In this document: piece after piece, positions 9,593 through 17,812 of the stretch | Position numbering within the stretch: position 1 is the first letter of the stretch | Layout of the letters: every line of letters starts with the position of its first letter | From: a virus | Lineage: Duplodnaviria; Heunggongvirae; Uroviricota; Caudoviricetes | Virus record (IMG/VR): IMGVR_UViG_3300022822_000008 | Direction: 5' to 3' (one strand) | Length of the DNA stretch: 64,000 nt | Notes under the pieces: model-generated | Seen by the model: only the letters and a program-made list of their open reading frames with translations | Databases searched by the model: none | What the model was told of the DNA's origin: nothing | Position numbers and translations under genes: made by a program

Positions 9593-9865
9593 CTAAGCAG
9601 GTGATAAGATTGCAATTGGGCAATCATAAGCAACACCGTCGATATTAACCGTTGCAGTCGTTCGGCGAATTTTTTGTACGACACCATATTGGATGCCGTT
9701 CCTAGATGATATTTTCACGGCGTCACTAATACCAATTGCAGATTTGTTAGTGCGAATTTTATTAGCCCGTAGTTGTTTTTGCTTTATTTTAATCAAGGTA
9801 ATGGCTTCGTTTAATTCGTCTGAGCAAGTGATTGAGTTTATGGCAGTTGTAAGGATAATATTCAT
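9593..9865 (-). CDS. Hypothetical early protein
   Basis: 90 aa ORF behind promoter copy 4. Confidence 0.65.
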   Translation of the reverse strand: MNIILTTAINSITCSDELNEAITLIKIKQKQLRANKIRTNKSAIGISDAVKISSRNGIQYGVVQKIRRTTATVNIDGVAYDCPIAILSPA

Positions 9866-9900
9866 AATATAGGTTTCCGTTTAAGTTAAAATGTTTTCGT

Positions 9901-9947
9901 TGTTTGATTCAATACAACTATTATATCAAGTCTTCAAGTAGAGTCAA
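9901..9947 (-). promoter_or_regulatory. Early promoter/leader repeat, copy 4
   Basis: TTGACT-16-TATAAT AGTTGTATTGAATCAAACA. Confidence 0.8.
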
Positions 9948-9950
9948 CAA

Positions 9951-10889
9951 CTAAAATTCAATTATTTTAGCTTTCGAAGGTCTTTTACCAAATGCGAATT
10001 TTGAGTCTGTGTTTGATTTTGTTAGGTTTATTGTCATTTCCACAACATCACCTTTAATCAATTCCCCAAGTATTTTTGATGGGACGCTTGACCATACCTT
10101 ATATCCAGTAATATGTTCAACAAGCATTTTATAGGTTGAGCCGTAATCATGTTCAACCAATTTTATAGATAACACTTCACCTCGGAATGATAATATTTTA
10201 CCTTCAGGTGCATCAGCTCTAGCCGCGTTAGCTTCTCTATCAAGAGCGATAGTCCTAGGTAAATCTTTCAATTTTGAACAAAGTGATTTTAAAAGGTTTA
10301 CCTGTTTTTCGGAAATGCCCCATTTTTTAAGTTTGCGAACCAGGTCGATTAAAATCTCAAATGAATTTTCATACGGCTTATATTCCACGTCGGTCGTTCC
10401 GAATATGTGACAACCTAATCTAAAGGTTTCTTGTGGAGTATCACAACCCGCGATTGCCCCGCCGAGGTCGTTAGGCATAAAGTACAATTCGATCTGTTCA
10501 AGCAAACCAATTTCGTCGAGCATGTCTGCACAGATTTGTATTTCTTTGTTATTTTTTTGCGCTTTTCTACGTTTTTGAGCGGTTACACGAAAGGCGTCAG
10601 TGTGACCTTCTTCTATATGTGCAGCACAGTCACAGCCGGTTTTTATGTAAGTGTTTGTTGGATTATGGTGAAAAATTGCATAATCAATCATATAAGCACC
10701 ACACACCATGCAGTTGCCTCCATGTGTATGTCCTGAGAAAACACCACCAGTCATTTTGCGGTGTGCGTTAAACTGTCGAATTGGCTCTGGGTCTGGTATA
10801 CCAAGTTCGTCTCTGAATTTAACAGTAACAAACTCATAATTTTCTGGTATAATTGCAGATGGTCGGTGTATGTCAATTCTAGAAGTCAT
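9951..10889 (-). CDS. Hypothetical early protein with Cys cluster and possible C-terminal OB-fold
   Basis: CMVCG...GCDCA; C-terminal FRGEVLSIK...YKMLV...KVW; start trimmed to MTSRID. Confidence 0.6.
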   Translation of the reverse strand: MTSRIDIHRPSAIIPENYEFVTVKFRDELGIPDPEPIRQFNAHRKMTGGVFSGHTHGGNCMVCGAYMIDYAIFHHNPTNTYIKTGCDCAAHIEEGHTDAFRVTAQKRRKAQKNNKEIQICADMLDEIGLLEQIELYFMPNDLGGAIAGCDTPQETFRLGCHIFGTTDVEYKPYENSFEILIDLVRKLKKWGISEKQVNLLKSLCSKLKDLPRTIALDREANAARADAPEGKILSFRGEVLSIKLVEHDYGSTYKMLVEHITGYKVWSSVPSKILGELIKGDVVEMTINLTKSNTDSKFAFGKRPSKAKIIEF

Positions 10890-10900
10890 AATTTTCTCAT

Positions 10901-10951
10901 TCGTTGTTTGATTCAATACAACTATTATATCAAAACTAAACTTGAAGTCAA
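10901..10951 (-). promoter_or_regulatory. Early promoter/leader repeat, copy 5
   Basis: TTGACT-16-TATAAT AGTTGTATTGAATCAAACAACGAA. Confidence 0.8.
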
Positions 10952-11247
10952 CCTTTAAATTTACGATATCCTTCTTCTTCGAGAGCCATCGCTATATTTT
11001 CTATGTTTCTGATATGAGGAAACATCAAATTTAAGAACTCAGTGGTACCTTTCACTCTTTTTTGTGCATCAGTAAGAGGTATAATAATAAGTTCAGGTCT
11101 CACACCAACATAACTTCCGAAAGTGTCTTCACAGACTACAATTTCTCCATCATGAAATCCAACGCATATTCCAGTGCAAATGCAGCCAAGAGATTTATTT
11201 TTAAATTTTACATCATCACCTACTTTAGGATTCATTTTGTTTCTCAT
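10948..11247 (-). CDS. Hypothetical protein
   Basis: 99 aa ORF in operon. Confidence 0.6.
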   Translation of the reverse strand: MRNKMNPKVGDDVKFKNKSLGCICTGICVGFHDGEIVVCEDTFGSYVGVRPELIIIPLTDAQKRVKGTTEFLNLMFPHIRNIENIAMALEEEGYRKFKG

Positions 11248-11440
11248 AATTTAAGTCTGATAATTCATCAATCCATTCTTGTGGTATGGAAAGATCCGCA
11301 TCGTTATATCTCATTAAGGCATCTAAAATATCTCGAATTCTTTTCTCTGTATGGATGCGTCTAGGTGTAAGACCTAGAGGTGGTTTTCTATTGATATAAT
11401 AGTTGTATTTCATATCATGTTTAATATCTTCAGGATTCAT
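11225..11440 (-). CDS. Hypothetical protein
   Basis: 71 aa ORF, KPPLGL.P motif. Confidence 0.6.
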   Translation of the reverse strand: MNPEDIKHDMKYNYYINRKPPLGLTPRRIHTEKRIRDILDALMRYNDADLSIPQEWIDELSDLNYEKQNES

Positions 11441-11482
11441 AATACAGTTACCTCGTTGATTTTATAAAAAAAACTATGTGAA

Positions 11483-11683
11483 TTACCACACAGTTTTTTG
11501 CATTTCTTCGTCACGTTTAATTATAAAAGCGTAAGACTTAATGAAACCCTTTACAGATTTAACATTGTTATCTAAAACCCAGAATATGTAGTCATCTTCA
11601 TCCCAACATTCGACACAGGAATCATAACCATTTTCATAGTTTTCTATACAATATTTTCTTATGTTATCAATTAATTTAGTCAT
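11483..11683 (-). CDS. Hypothetical early protein
   Basis: Behind promoter copy 6; start trimmed to MTKLID. Confidence 0.6.
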   Translation of the reverse strand: MTKLIDNIRKYCIENYENGYDSCVECWDEDDYIFWVLDNNVKSVKGFIKSYAFIIKRDEEMQKTVW

Positions 11684-11690
11684 GATTTTT

Positions 11691-11745
11691 CCGTTCGTTG
11701 TTTGATTCAATAAAACTATTATATCAAAAACTCAAGGAGAGTCAA
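11691..11745 (-). promoter_or_regulatory. Early promoter/leader repeat, copy 6
   Basis: TTGACT-16-TATAAT AGTTTTATTGAATCAAACAACGAA. Confidence 0.8.
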
Positions 11746-11752
11746 CAACTAT

Positions 11753-11965
11753 TCATACGTCAATATACTGCTTAAGCATACAGATAAGTTCTTCGTATTC
11801 AGCCATTGCTTTTAATTCAAGTGTAATGCCACCTAGAATATCTGTATGTTCGCCAACACCTGCAGGATTACTTAAATACAACTCAACGTTCATTTTATGT
11901 TTATTAAGATTACCTATATAAAATGAATATAAGGATTCAATAATTTGTTCTCTTTGTCTGCTCAT
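11753..11965 (-). CDS. Conserved small T4-like hypothetical protein
   Basis: N.E.YL.NP.GVGEH.DI motif. Confidence 0.65.
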   Translation of the reverse strand: MSRQREQIIESLYSFYIGNLNKHKMNVELYLSNPAGVGEHTDILGGITLELKAMAEYEELICMLKQYIDV

Positions 11966-12261
11966 TTTATACCCCGAGTTTGTTTATATTTGTTTACGAA
12001 ATTAAGTTTCTTTTCATCTGACCAAGAACTTAGATGTGGATTATCAGTAGAAAATAATGCTAATAATTGTTCTTCATTCACCACATCTACATCGAAAATG
12101 TTCTGACCGAGATAAGTTTGAGAAAACTCTTTAACCTGTTCTTCTTGCACCATCGTTCTTGCTTTATCAACATCATTATCAGCAACATCTAAAGGTACCA
12201 CATAGACCTGAGTGAATTTTGACGTTGCTCTAATAACTACATAATCTTTCGATGGGATCAT
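11962..12261 (-). CDS. Hypothetical protein
   Basis: 99 aa ORF, overlapping starts/stops. Confidence 0.65.
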   Translation of the reverse strand: MIPSKDYVVIRATSKFTQVYVVPLDVADNDVDKARTMVQEEQVKEFSQTYLGQNIFDVDVVNEEQLLALFSTDNPHLSSWSDEKKLNFVNKYKQTRGIK

Positions 12262-12578
12262 ACTATAATCTTACTTTCAGGCATAGCAATCTTAGAAGGA
12301 GTTTCAGATTCTTGGGTTTGTTTTAATGTTTCCCAATAAGCAGATGCTATTGCTTCGTTGGTTTTTGTTACGAAACATAGACCGCCTTCACGAAAATGGA
12401 CACTTTTTGGATTTTCAACTCCAGTATTACATACACCTCGAGCAAAGCCCATTTGTTCGTCATGAAATACGATCATCTTAGGATCTTTTAAAACGACACC
12501 TTGATCTGATGAACTCTCATATTTACCTACGAATTCTCCAGCGGTTGTTAAAACTGTTACTACATCATTTGTCTTCAT
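12258..12578 (-). CDS. Hypothetical protein (possible Sm-like beta fold)
   Basis: VVTVLTTAGEFVGKY...VVLKDP. Confidence 0.6.
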   Translation of the reverse strand: MKTNDVVTVLTTAGEFVGKYESSSDQGVVLKDPKMIVFHDEQMGFARGVCNTGVENPKSVHFREGGLCFVTKTNEAIASAYWETLKQTQESETPSKIAMPESKIIV

Positions 12579-12978
12579 TTTCTTTTTCCTTCAATTGTCG
12601 TTTGGACCATTCATATTCACTTCCAGGCATTCTCCATGCCCAAATTGCGCCGGCGGCCATAAAAATACCGGCATAAATTGTTGCTTTAATATTGTAGGTT
12701 GCAAACCACATAATCATCAAGCTACTGCTCATCATAGCGACCATAGCATATTTTGCTTTAGTCGGGAATATTTTTTTATCTTTGAAATTAATTAAAAATG
12801 GGCCAAAGTGTTTATGGTTATATAACCAAGCATGCATTCGATCCGAACCTTTTGCAAAACAATATGCTGAACCTACAAGAGGAATGCTAAATGGAATGCC
12901 AGGCATAATAACGCCGATATAAGCAACACCTAGTAACAGCATACCTGCAACATACCACAAACATTTTTTAATATTCAT
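12565..12978 (-). CDS. YbaN / DUF454 family inner-membrane protein
   Basis: G.IG..MPG.P...PL..SAYCF.KGS.R.H.WL..H..FGP.L; hydrophobic segments. Confidence 0.8.
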   Translation of the reverse strand: MNIKKCLWYVAGMLLLGVAYIGVIMPGIPFSIPLVGSAYCFAKGSDRMHAWLYNHKHFGPFLINFKDKKIFPTKAKYAMVAMMSSSLMIMWFATYNIKATIYAGIFMAAGAIWAWRMPGSEYEWSKRQLKEKENEDK

Positions 12979-13430
12979 TATTCTACCTCATCAACATTCT
13001 TGCTCCAATCAAGGTCTAATTCTTCAAATTTTTCGGGACCTAATACAAGTTCGCCAGTATAAGGTTTAACACCTGAAAGATCAATATCACCACCATCGTA
13101 TGTAATCGAAACATGAGGTTGATAAGATTCATAATCCCAAGATGCACCAATATCTTTAAATTCTTGCCAACGTTTTGGAAGAAAATCAGATTTAAATTTA
13201 AGAACTACTGCACCTTGATCACCCAGAGGTTCGACAGTACGTTTACCGCCTGCTACTTTCATAGTGTTCATTTGTGGTTTTAAAGTTTCCCAGTCAATTT
13301 CATCTCTTGAGAACACTATTGTAACATGAAAGTCGTCAGGTGTCAATGTTTTTGTAAAACCCTCACCCTTAGCCCAATCAATGAATTTTTGTCCGTTTAA
13401 CAGCGGCCTGCTCACATATATCGACTTCAT
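12978..13430 (-). CDS. acb1: 2H phosphoesterase, T4 gp57B / anti-CBASS Acb1-like
   Basis: Two HxT/S motifs (FHVTIVFSR, YQPHVSITY) and WDYESY, as in Acb1 family. Confidence 0.75.
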   Translation of the reverse strand: MKSIYVSRPLLNGQKFIDWAKGEGFTKTLTPDDFHVTIVFSRDEIDWETLKPQMNTMKVAGGKRTVEPLGDQGAVVLKFKSDFLPKRWQEFKDIGASWDYESYQPHVSITYDGGDIDLSGVKPYTGELVLGPEKFEELDLDWSKNVDEVE

Positions 13431-13442
13431 AATATTATCACC

Positions 13443-13661
13443 TTATTTTATTGATTCTACTAGTTGATCATATCCACCTATTGCAATTCTATTGCGAGTT
13501 ATTTGTGGATATGTTTTTGCTTTGGGGAACATCATCAGCATTTCTTCTCTGGTGAAGTCCTCATCTAGTTGTAAGTATTTATATTCCAAATTATTAATCT
13601 CACAAAACACTTTAGCTCTGTCACAAAAAGTACATTCAGCTTTACCGTATATTTCTATCAT
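13443..13661 (-). CDS. nrdC: Glutaredoxin
   Basis: CTFC active site, TYPQI, IGGYDQL. Confidence 0.92.
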   Translation of the reverse strand: MIEIYGKAECTFCDRAKVFCEINNLEYKYLQLDEDFTREEMLMMFPKAKTYPQITRNRIAIGGYDQLVESIK

Positions 13662-14785
13662 AATGAAAATCCTGTAAAAGTATTGTTATCAACGTCTTGC
13701 TTAGTTCCGCCCGAGACGTAAGAACTAATTTCAGTTTCCTGTGGTGCAACTTGAACATCGCCACCTTTAATCCAGCTTTTTGTCCAAGGTAGTGGATTTG
13801 TCTTAACGTTATAAGGACAAGGTAAACCTACATTCCGCATTCTGTCTGTAACGATAAATTCAACATATTCAGATAATAATTGAGCATTCAAACCAATCAT
13901 AGATCCATCTTTAAACAAATATTCGGCCCAGTCTTTTTCTTGATTGGCAGCATCAAGAAACATTTGGACACATTCGTCTTCAGTTTCCGCAGCAATCTTT
14001 ATATAGTCTGGATCGTCTTTTTTCAATATTCTTAATAACATTTGTGTAGATGCAAGATGTAAATTTTCATCACGAGCGATTAGCTTAATTATAGTAGCAT
14101 TACCTACCATTTTTTTCAATTCACCGAACGCCCATGAACAAGCAAACGAAACATAGAATCTGACGCCTTCAAGAATGTTAACACTCATTAGCGCCAACCA
14201 AAGCATTTTTTTCAATTCGTACATATCTACTGTTATTTTCTCACCATTAATTGTATGAGTACCTACACCCAGCAAATTATACCAGCGACCCATTTTAATA
14301 AGGTTATCATAATAGTGACTTATACTGTCTGCACATTTTACAATTTCAGGTATGTTCATTATCTCATCAAAGATTTTACTTGGATTATTATATACATTGC
14401 GAATGATATGAGTATAAGAACGAGAATGTATAGTTTCGCTGAATGTCCATGTTGTTACCCAATTTTCAATTTCTGGTAGAGAGACGATTGGATTAAACGC
14501 TTCTACAGGTGCGCGGCCTTGTACTGTATCAAGTACGATTTGTCTTTTTAAGTTTGTAGTGAAAATGTGCTGTTCGTGGTCTGTTAAAGATTTAAAATCA
14601 GAAGCATCTTTAGTGATGTCTACTTCTTCAGGTCTCCAAAAATATCCCAATTGCCTTTCTGTTAATTTGTCAAGTGTTTTATATTTTAGCGTATCGTAGC
14701 GCTGAATAGTTGGGCCACCTTCGGGATCAAAGAATGCAGACGCCAAGGTATGGTCTTGTTTATTATTAGTGTTTAAAACGCTCAT
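13658..14785 (-). CDS. nrdB: Class Ia ribonucleotide reductase beta subunit
   Basis: FWRPEEVD, LDTVQG, ETIHSRSY, LEGVRFYVSF, RDENLH, VAPQETEISSY. Confidence 0.96.
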   Translation of the reverse strand: MSVLNTNNKQDHTLASAFFDPEGGPTIQRYDTLKYKTLDKLTERQLGYFWRPEEVDITKDASDFKSLTDHEQHIFTTNLKRQIVLDTVQGRAPVEAFNPIVSLPEIENWVTTWTFSETIHSRSYTHIIRNVYNNPSKIFDEIMNIPEIVKCADSISHYYDNLIKMGRWYNLLGVGTHTINGEKITVDMYELKKMLWLALMSVNILEGVRFYVSFACSWAFGELKKMVGNATIIKLIARDENLHLASTQMLLRILKKDDPDYIKIAAETEDECVQMFLDAANQEKDWAEYLFKDGSMIGLNAQLLSEYVEFIVTDRMRNVGLPCPYNVKTNPLPWTKSWIKGGDVQVAPQETEISSYVSGGTKQDVDNNTFTGFSL

Positions 14786-14808
14786 TCGGTTCCTTTTTTA
14801 TTTGAATA

Positions 14809-14828
14809 AGGTGCTCGAATGAACACCT
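14809..14828 (-). terminator. Hairpin between nrdA C-terminal gene and nrdB
   Basis: AGGTGTTC-ATTC-GAGCACCT followed by TATT. Confidence 0.45.
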
Positions 14829-14843
14829 GGACACTTATTTATA

Positions 14844-15869
14844 TTAGATTTTACAACCGTCACAATCTTCTTCTTCATCTTCCGTAACGGGAAGTTCACC
14901 CATAATTGCACCTACATCTAGTTCACCCTGACCGTCCATAGTCTGGAAATAATAAAGTTGTTTACCTCCGTACTTATAAAAGAATAATACATGTTGCAAC
15001 ATTAAACTCATTGGGATTTTTTCATCTTCATAATTTTCAGGATTATAAGACGTGTTAACACTTATTCCTTGGTCAATGTATTTTTGCAACACAGCAACTA
15101 TTTTAAGATATCCGATAGGAGATTCTTGTTGCCACAACAAATCGTATTTATTCTTTAGACGTTTGAACTCAGGAACGACTTGTTTCAGTACACCGTGTTT
15201 TGAAGATTTTACACTAATCAAGGCGCGGGGTGGTTCAATTCCATTTGTTGCATTAGCAATTTGAGCACTAGTTTCTGCAGGCATAAGTGCCATCAAAGTG
15301 GAATTTCGGATGCCAGTCAATCGTAACTGATCGCGCAGTTCATCCCAAGGCATTCTTTCTACGTGGACAATTAATTCGTCCAATTCCTTTTTGTAAGTTT
15401 GATTTGGTGTAATACCCTGTCCGTATTTAGTTTCAGAATTACCAGAACAAGCACCGCGTTCTGATGCCAAATCTGCGCTTGTTTTGATTAACCAATATGA
15501 CCAAGCTTCAGCGTATTCGTCGATTAATGCGAGACCTTCGTCTGTGATAAATTGATAAGAGAGGTCATTTTTAGCTAACCAATATGCAAAGTTAATTATA
15601 CCAATGCCTAGAGGTCTTCGTTTCATCGTAGACAATTGTGCTGCTAATACAGGGTAATTTTGATAATCAAGTAACTCGTCAAGTCCTCGAACAGCTAAAT
15701 CACAAACTCGTTTAAAGTCAGCAGGCGTTTTTATGTTGCCCCAATTTATTGCGCTAAGTGTACACAGCGAAATTTCAGATTTCGAGTCAGACATCACTTC
15801 TTCCATGACGTATACGTAATCGCCATCATTATCTATTTCAGTTGCTATTTCGTATTCAAAGTTGTTCAT
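14844..15869 (-). CDS. nrdA: RNR alpha subunit, fragment 3 (C-terminal part with acidic N-terminal leader)
   Basis: EISLCTLSAIN (Cys462 equivalent), RRPLGIG, ALMPAETS, KQLYYF, C-terminal CDGCKI; alternative start MSDSKSEI possible. Confidence 0.92.
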   Translation of the reverse strand: MNNFEYEIATEIDNDGDYVYVMEEVMSDSKSEISLCTLSAINWGNIKTPADFKRVCDLAVRGLDELLDYQNYPVLAAQLSTMKRRPLGIGIINFAYWLAKNDLSYQFITDEGLALIDEYAEAWSYWLIKTSADLASERGACSGNSETKYGQGITPNQTYKKELDELIVHVERMPWDELRDQLRLTGIRNSTLMALMPAETSAQIANATNGIEPPRALISVKSSKHGVLKQVVPEFKRLKNKYDLLWQQESPIGYLKIVAVLQKYIDQGISVNTSYNPENYEDEKIPMSLMLQHVLFFYKYGGKQLYYFQTMDGQGELDVGAIMGELPVTEDEEEDCDGCKI

Positions 15870-16740
15870 GTATTACCTTTTTAATGTGTTTTGTATAATT
15901 GCCTAAATCCCATTCTCTTTTGCAGCATATACAGGATATCTTTTTGCCTATCAAGTGACCTGTACCGCCAGCATTTAATTTCATCTTCTCTTTGGTTTCT
16001 TTAGAATGTTTCTTACCTTTACGGGATTCGCTCATTTTTTTTCTAGTTTCTTCACTGACATTCTGAACTCCAATCTTTCCTTTATTCCACGGCGTATGTC
16101 CTTTAAGAGATATACTTAAATTCTCTTTGTGTTTATCGGAAAAGGGTTTTTTCGGAATTCCCTTTTGAGCATCACTTAATTTTCTTTTGTGTTCATCACT
16201 AAGACCATCCTTAGACGGATTGTTTTCTGTCATGCGAACAGAAGTATCTATAGAATGTTTTTCAGTAGTCCAGTTGTGTTCTCCTGTTAAAACTCTTTGT
16301 CTCTGTATATCGGACATACGATTTTTGGATTCTTCACTTCTAATTTTTCCAGCATTAGATGCTGATATCCTTTCTGCAATTACAGTACCCCTTACTTCCC
16401 TTCCAAGTGACGGACTGATTTTATTATATATTGACTTAGAATTATTCCATACTTCCCAGTCGTTTCTGTATAAAAGTTTTGTGTTTACTTTGCATTCATA
16501 ATCACGAGCCTCTCCTACAGTATCAAACGTCCAGCAAATTCTATAGGTATAATCTAATATATTGTATTTAAAATCAGTACGTAATTTGCCGCTGGAAAAA
16601 TATTTCAAAGCAAAATCGTGATCTGGCGAAGTTGAATTTCGTACATTTGCCCACCTTACGCCATGATATTTCTGTCCTGTGATGTTATTTTTAAAATAGT
16701 ATGTGTATGGGTATATTTCTGTAAATTTTTTGTGTTTCAT
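15856..16740 (-). mobile_element. Free-standing GIY-YIG-like homing endonuclease with NUMOD3 repeats
   Basis: PYTYYFKN..GQKYHGVR, H.EHKRKLS, PWNKGK, SEETRKKMSES.KGK, terminal CICC...H. Confidence 0.8.
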
Positions 16741-16767
16741 AATAGCACTCCTTTGCCATTATTTATA
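16739..16767 (-). promoter_or_regulatory. Late promoter TATAAATA overlapping a hairpin that encloses the endonuclease SD
   Basis: TATAAATA at 16760-16767; ATAATGGCA-AAGGAG-TGCTATTAT(G). Confidence 0.7.
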
Positions 16768-16785
16768 ATATTACGTTACTTGCGT

Positions 16786-17037
16786 TTAATTGCGGTGAAT
16801 TGGAGTTTTCGGGTTCATTTCTCGCCATTTCAGATATTTTTTATGTTCTGCCTTTGTCATGCGTATTAAGGCAGGTTCTGGAGCTCCGTCATTAATGTCA
16901 TTTAAAGGTTTTGTTGGTAAATCTATTTCCGCGCAATTATGTACCAGTATCCCATTTGCGAAGAAATTCTCATTACCCTGCACTGTAATATCATATACAG
17001 ACTCTGTTTCTGTCAATCTTTGAATCTTAATACCCAT
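16786..17037 (-). CDS. nrdA: RNR alpha subunit, fragment 2: split-intein C-part (16936-17037) + CAEIDLPTKPLNDIND + basic tail
   Basis: SVYDITVQGNENFFANGILVHN|C intein C-terminal motif; +1 Cys is the NLCxE catalytic Cys. Confidence 0.9.
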   Translation of the reverse strand: MGIKIQRLTETESVYDITVQGNENFFANGILVHNCAEIDLPTKPLNDINDGAPEPALIRMTKAEHKKYLKWREMNPKTPIHRN

Positions 17038-17746
17038 ATTTTCTTCCTATCGTCCAACCCAAAGGTTGTTTATTTTCGTTAAATTGTTTAGAAGTACCAG
17101 ACGTTTCGTTGCTGTACCATCTCTTATTCATGTTCGCCTCTGAAAGTTTTCGTTTATGTTCATCTGTCTTTTTATATTTAAAACAACTAATGTCTAGATT
17201 ATACTTTTCACAATACGACTTCTTAAATCCCAAATCGCCAAATCTATTTTTCGAATATGATTTAGGCATGTTGAACTCTTTGGCAGAGTATATCACAAAT
17301 TTACTCACATTCATATCATTATCTGAAAAATAAACATGAGCACATTCTAAAATTTCTTCGTCCGTATAACCACACCAGCGTCCGTTGTGTTCCTTTGTGG
17401 AAGTTTTTGAAATTTTAACAGCCCATTCGTCGTATTTTTCAGCAGGTACACACCAGCCGCCATCTCCACCTTCAGTCGAATTGTACCCAGTCTTGAAAGT
17501 ATCAAAAAGTTTTATGTAGTGTATTTCCATATCGGTAGCGTCTTTTTTAGAGTAACCTTCCCACAATATCTTAGATACGAAATCATCTAGGCCATATTTT
17601 CTTATCGCTTTATAGAAGTGCGTATCCATATTCGACATTGCATTAATGTAATGTTTGTGCAGTCGACCTTTTAATCCTAAACTGGTATAACCTATATATT
17701 TTTTGCCAGATGTGTTTGATTTGTGTTCATAAACAGTATATTTCAT
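17027..17746 (-). mobile_element. Free-standing GIY-YIG homing endonuclease
   Basis: TVY..K...SGKKYIGYT, FYKAIRKYG..DF, E.HYIK.FDT...GYN.TEGG. Confidence 0.88.
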
Positions 17747-17758
17747 TTTGCGTCCTTC

Positions 17759-17802
17759 GTAGGTAGATATATCTATTTATAATTTAAGATATATCTACCT
17801 AC
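17759..17802 (-). promoter_or_regulatory. Perfect 16 bp inverted repeat with late promoter TATAAATA in the loop
   Basis: GTAGGTAGATATATCT (17759-17774) / AGATATATCTACCTAC (17787-17802); TATAAATA at 17774-17781 minus. Confidence 0.8.
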
Positions 17803-17812
17803 AAACTAGCAA

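Noticed and set aside
10890-11710. Shared MNQTTN.KIMT N-terminus of two ORFs as a protein targeting signal
   Set aside because: It is the translated promoter/leader repeat; the true starts are the downstream ATGs.
15856-16885. Group I intron interrupting nrdA at the second break
   Set aside because: Only about 45 nt of non-coding sequence lies between fragment 2 and the endonuclease and none on the other side. I could not identify a P3-P7 core, and both fragments have their own stop/start and SD. Not formally excluded without RT-PCR.
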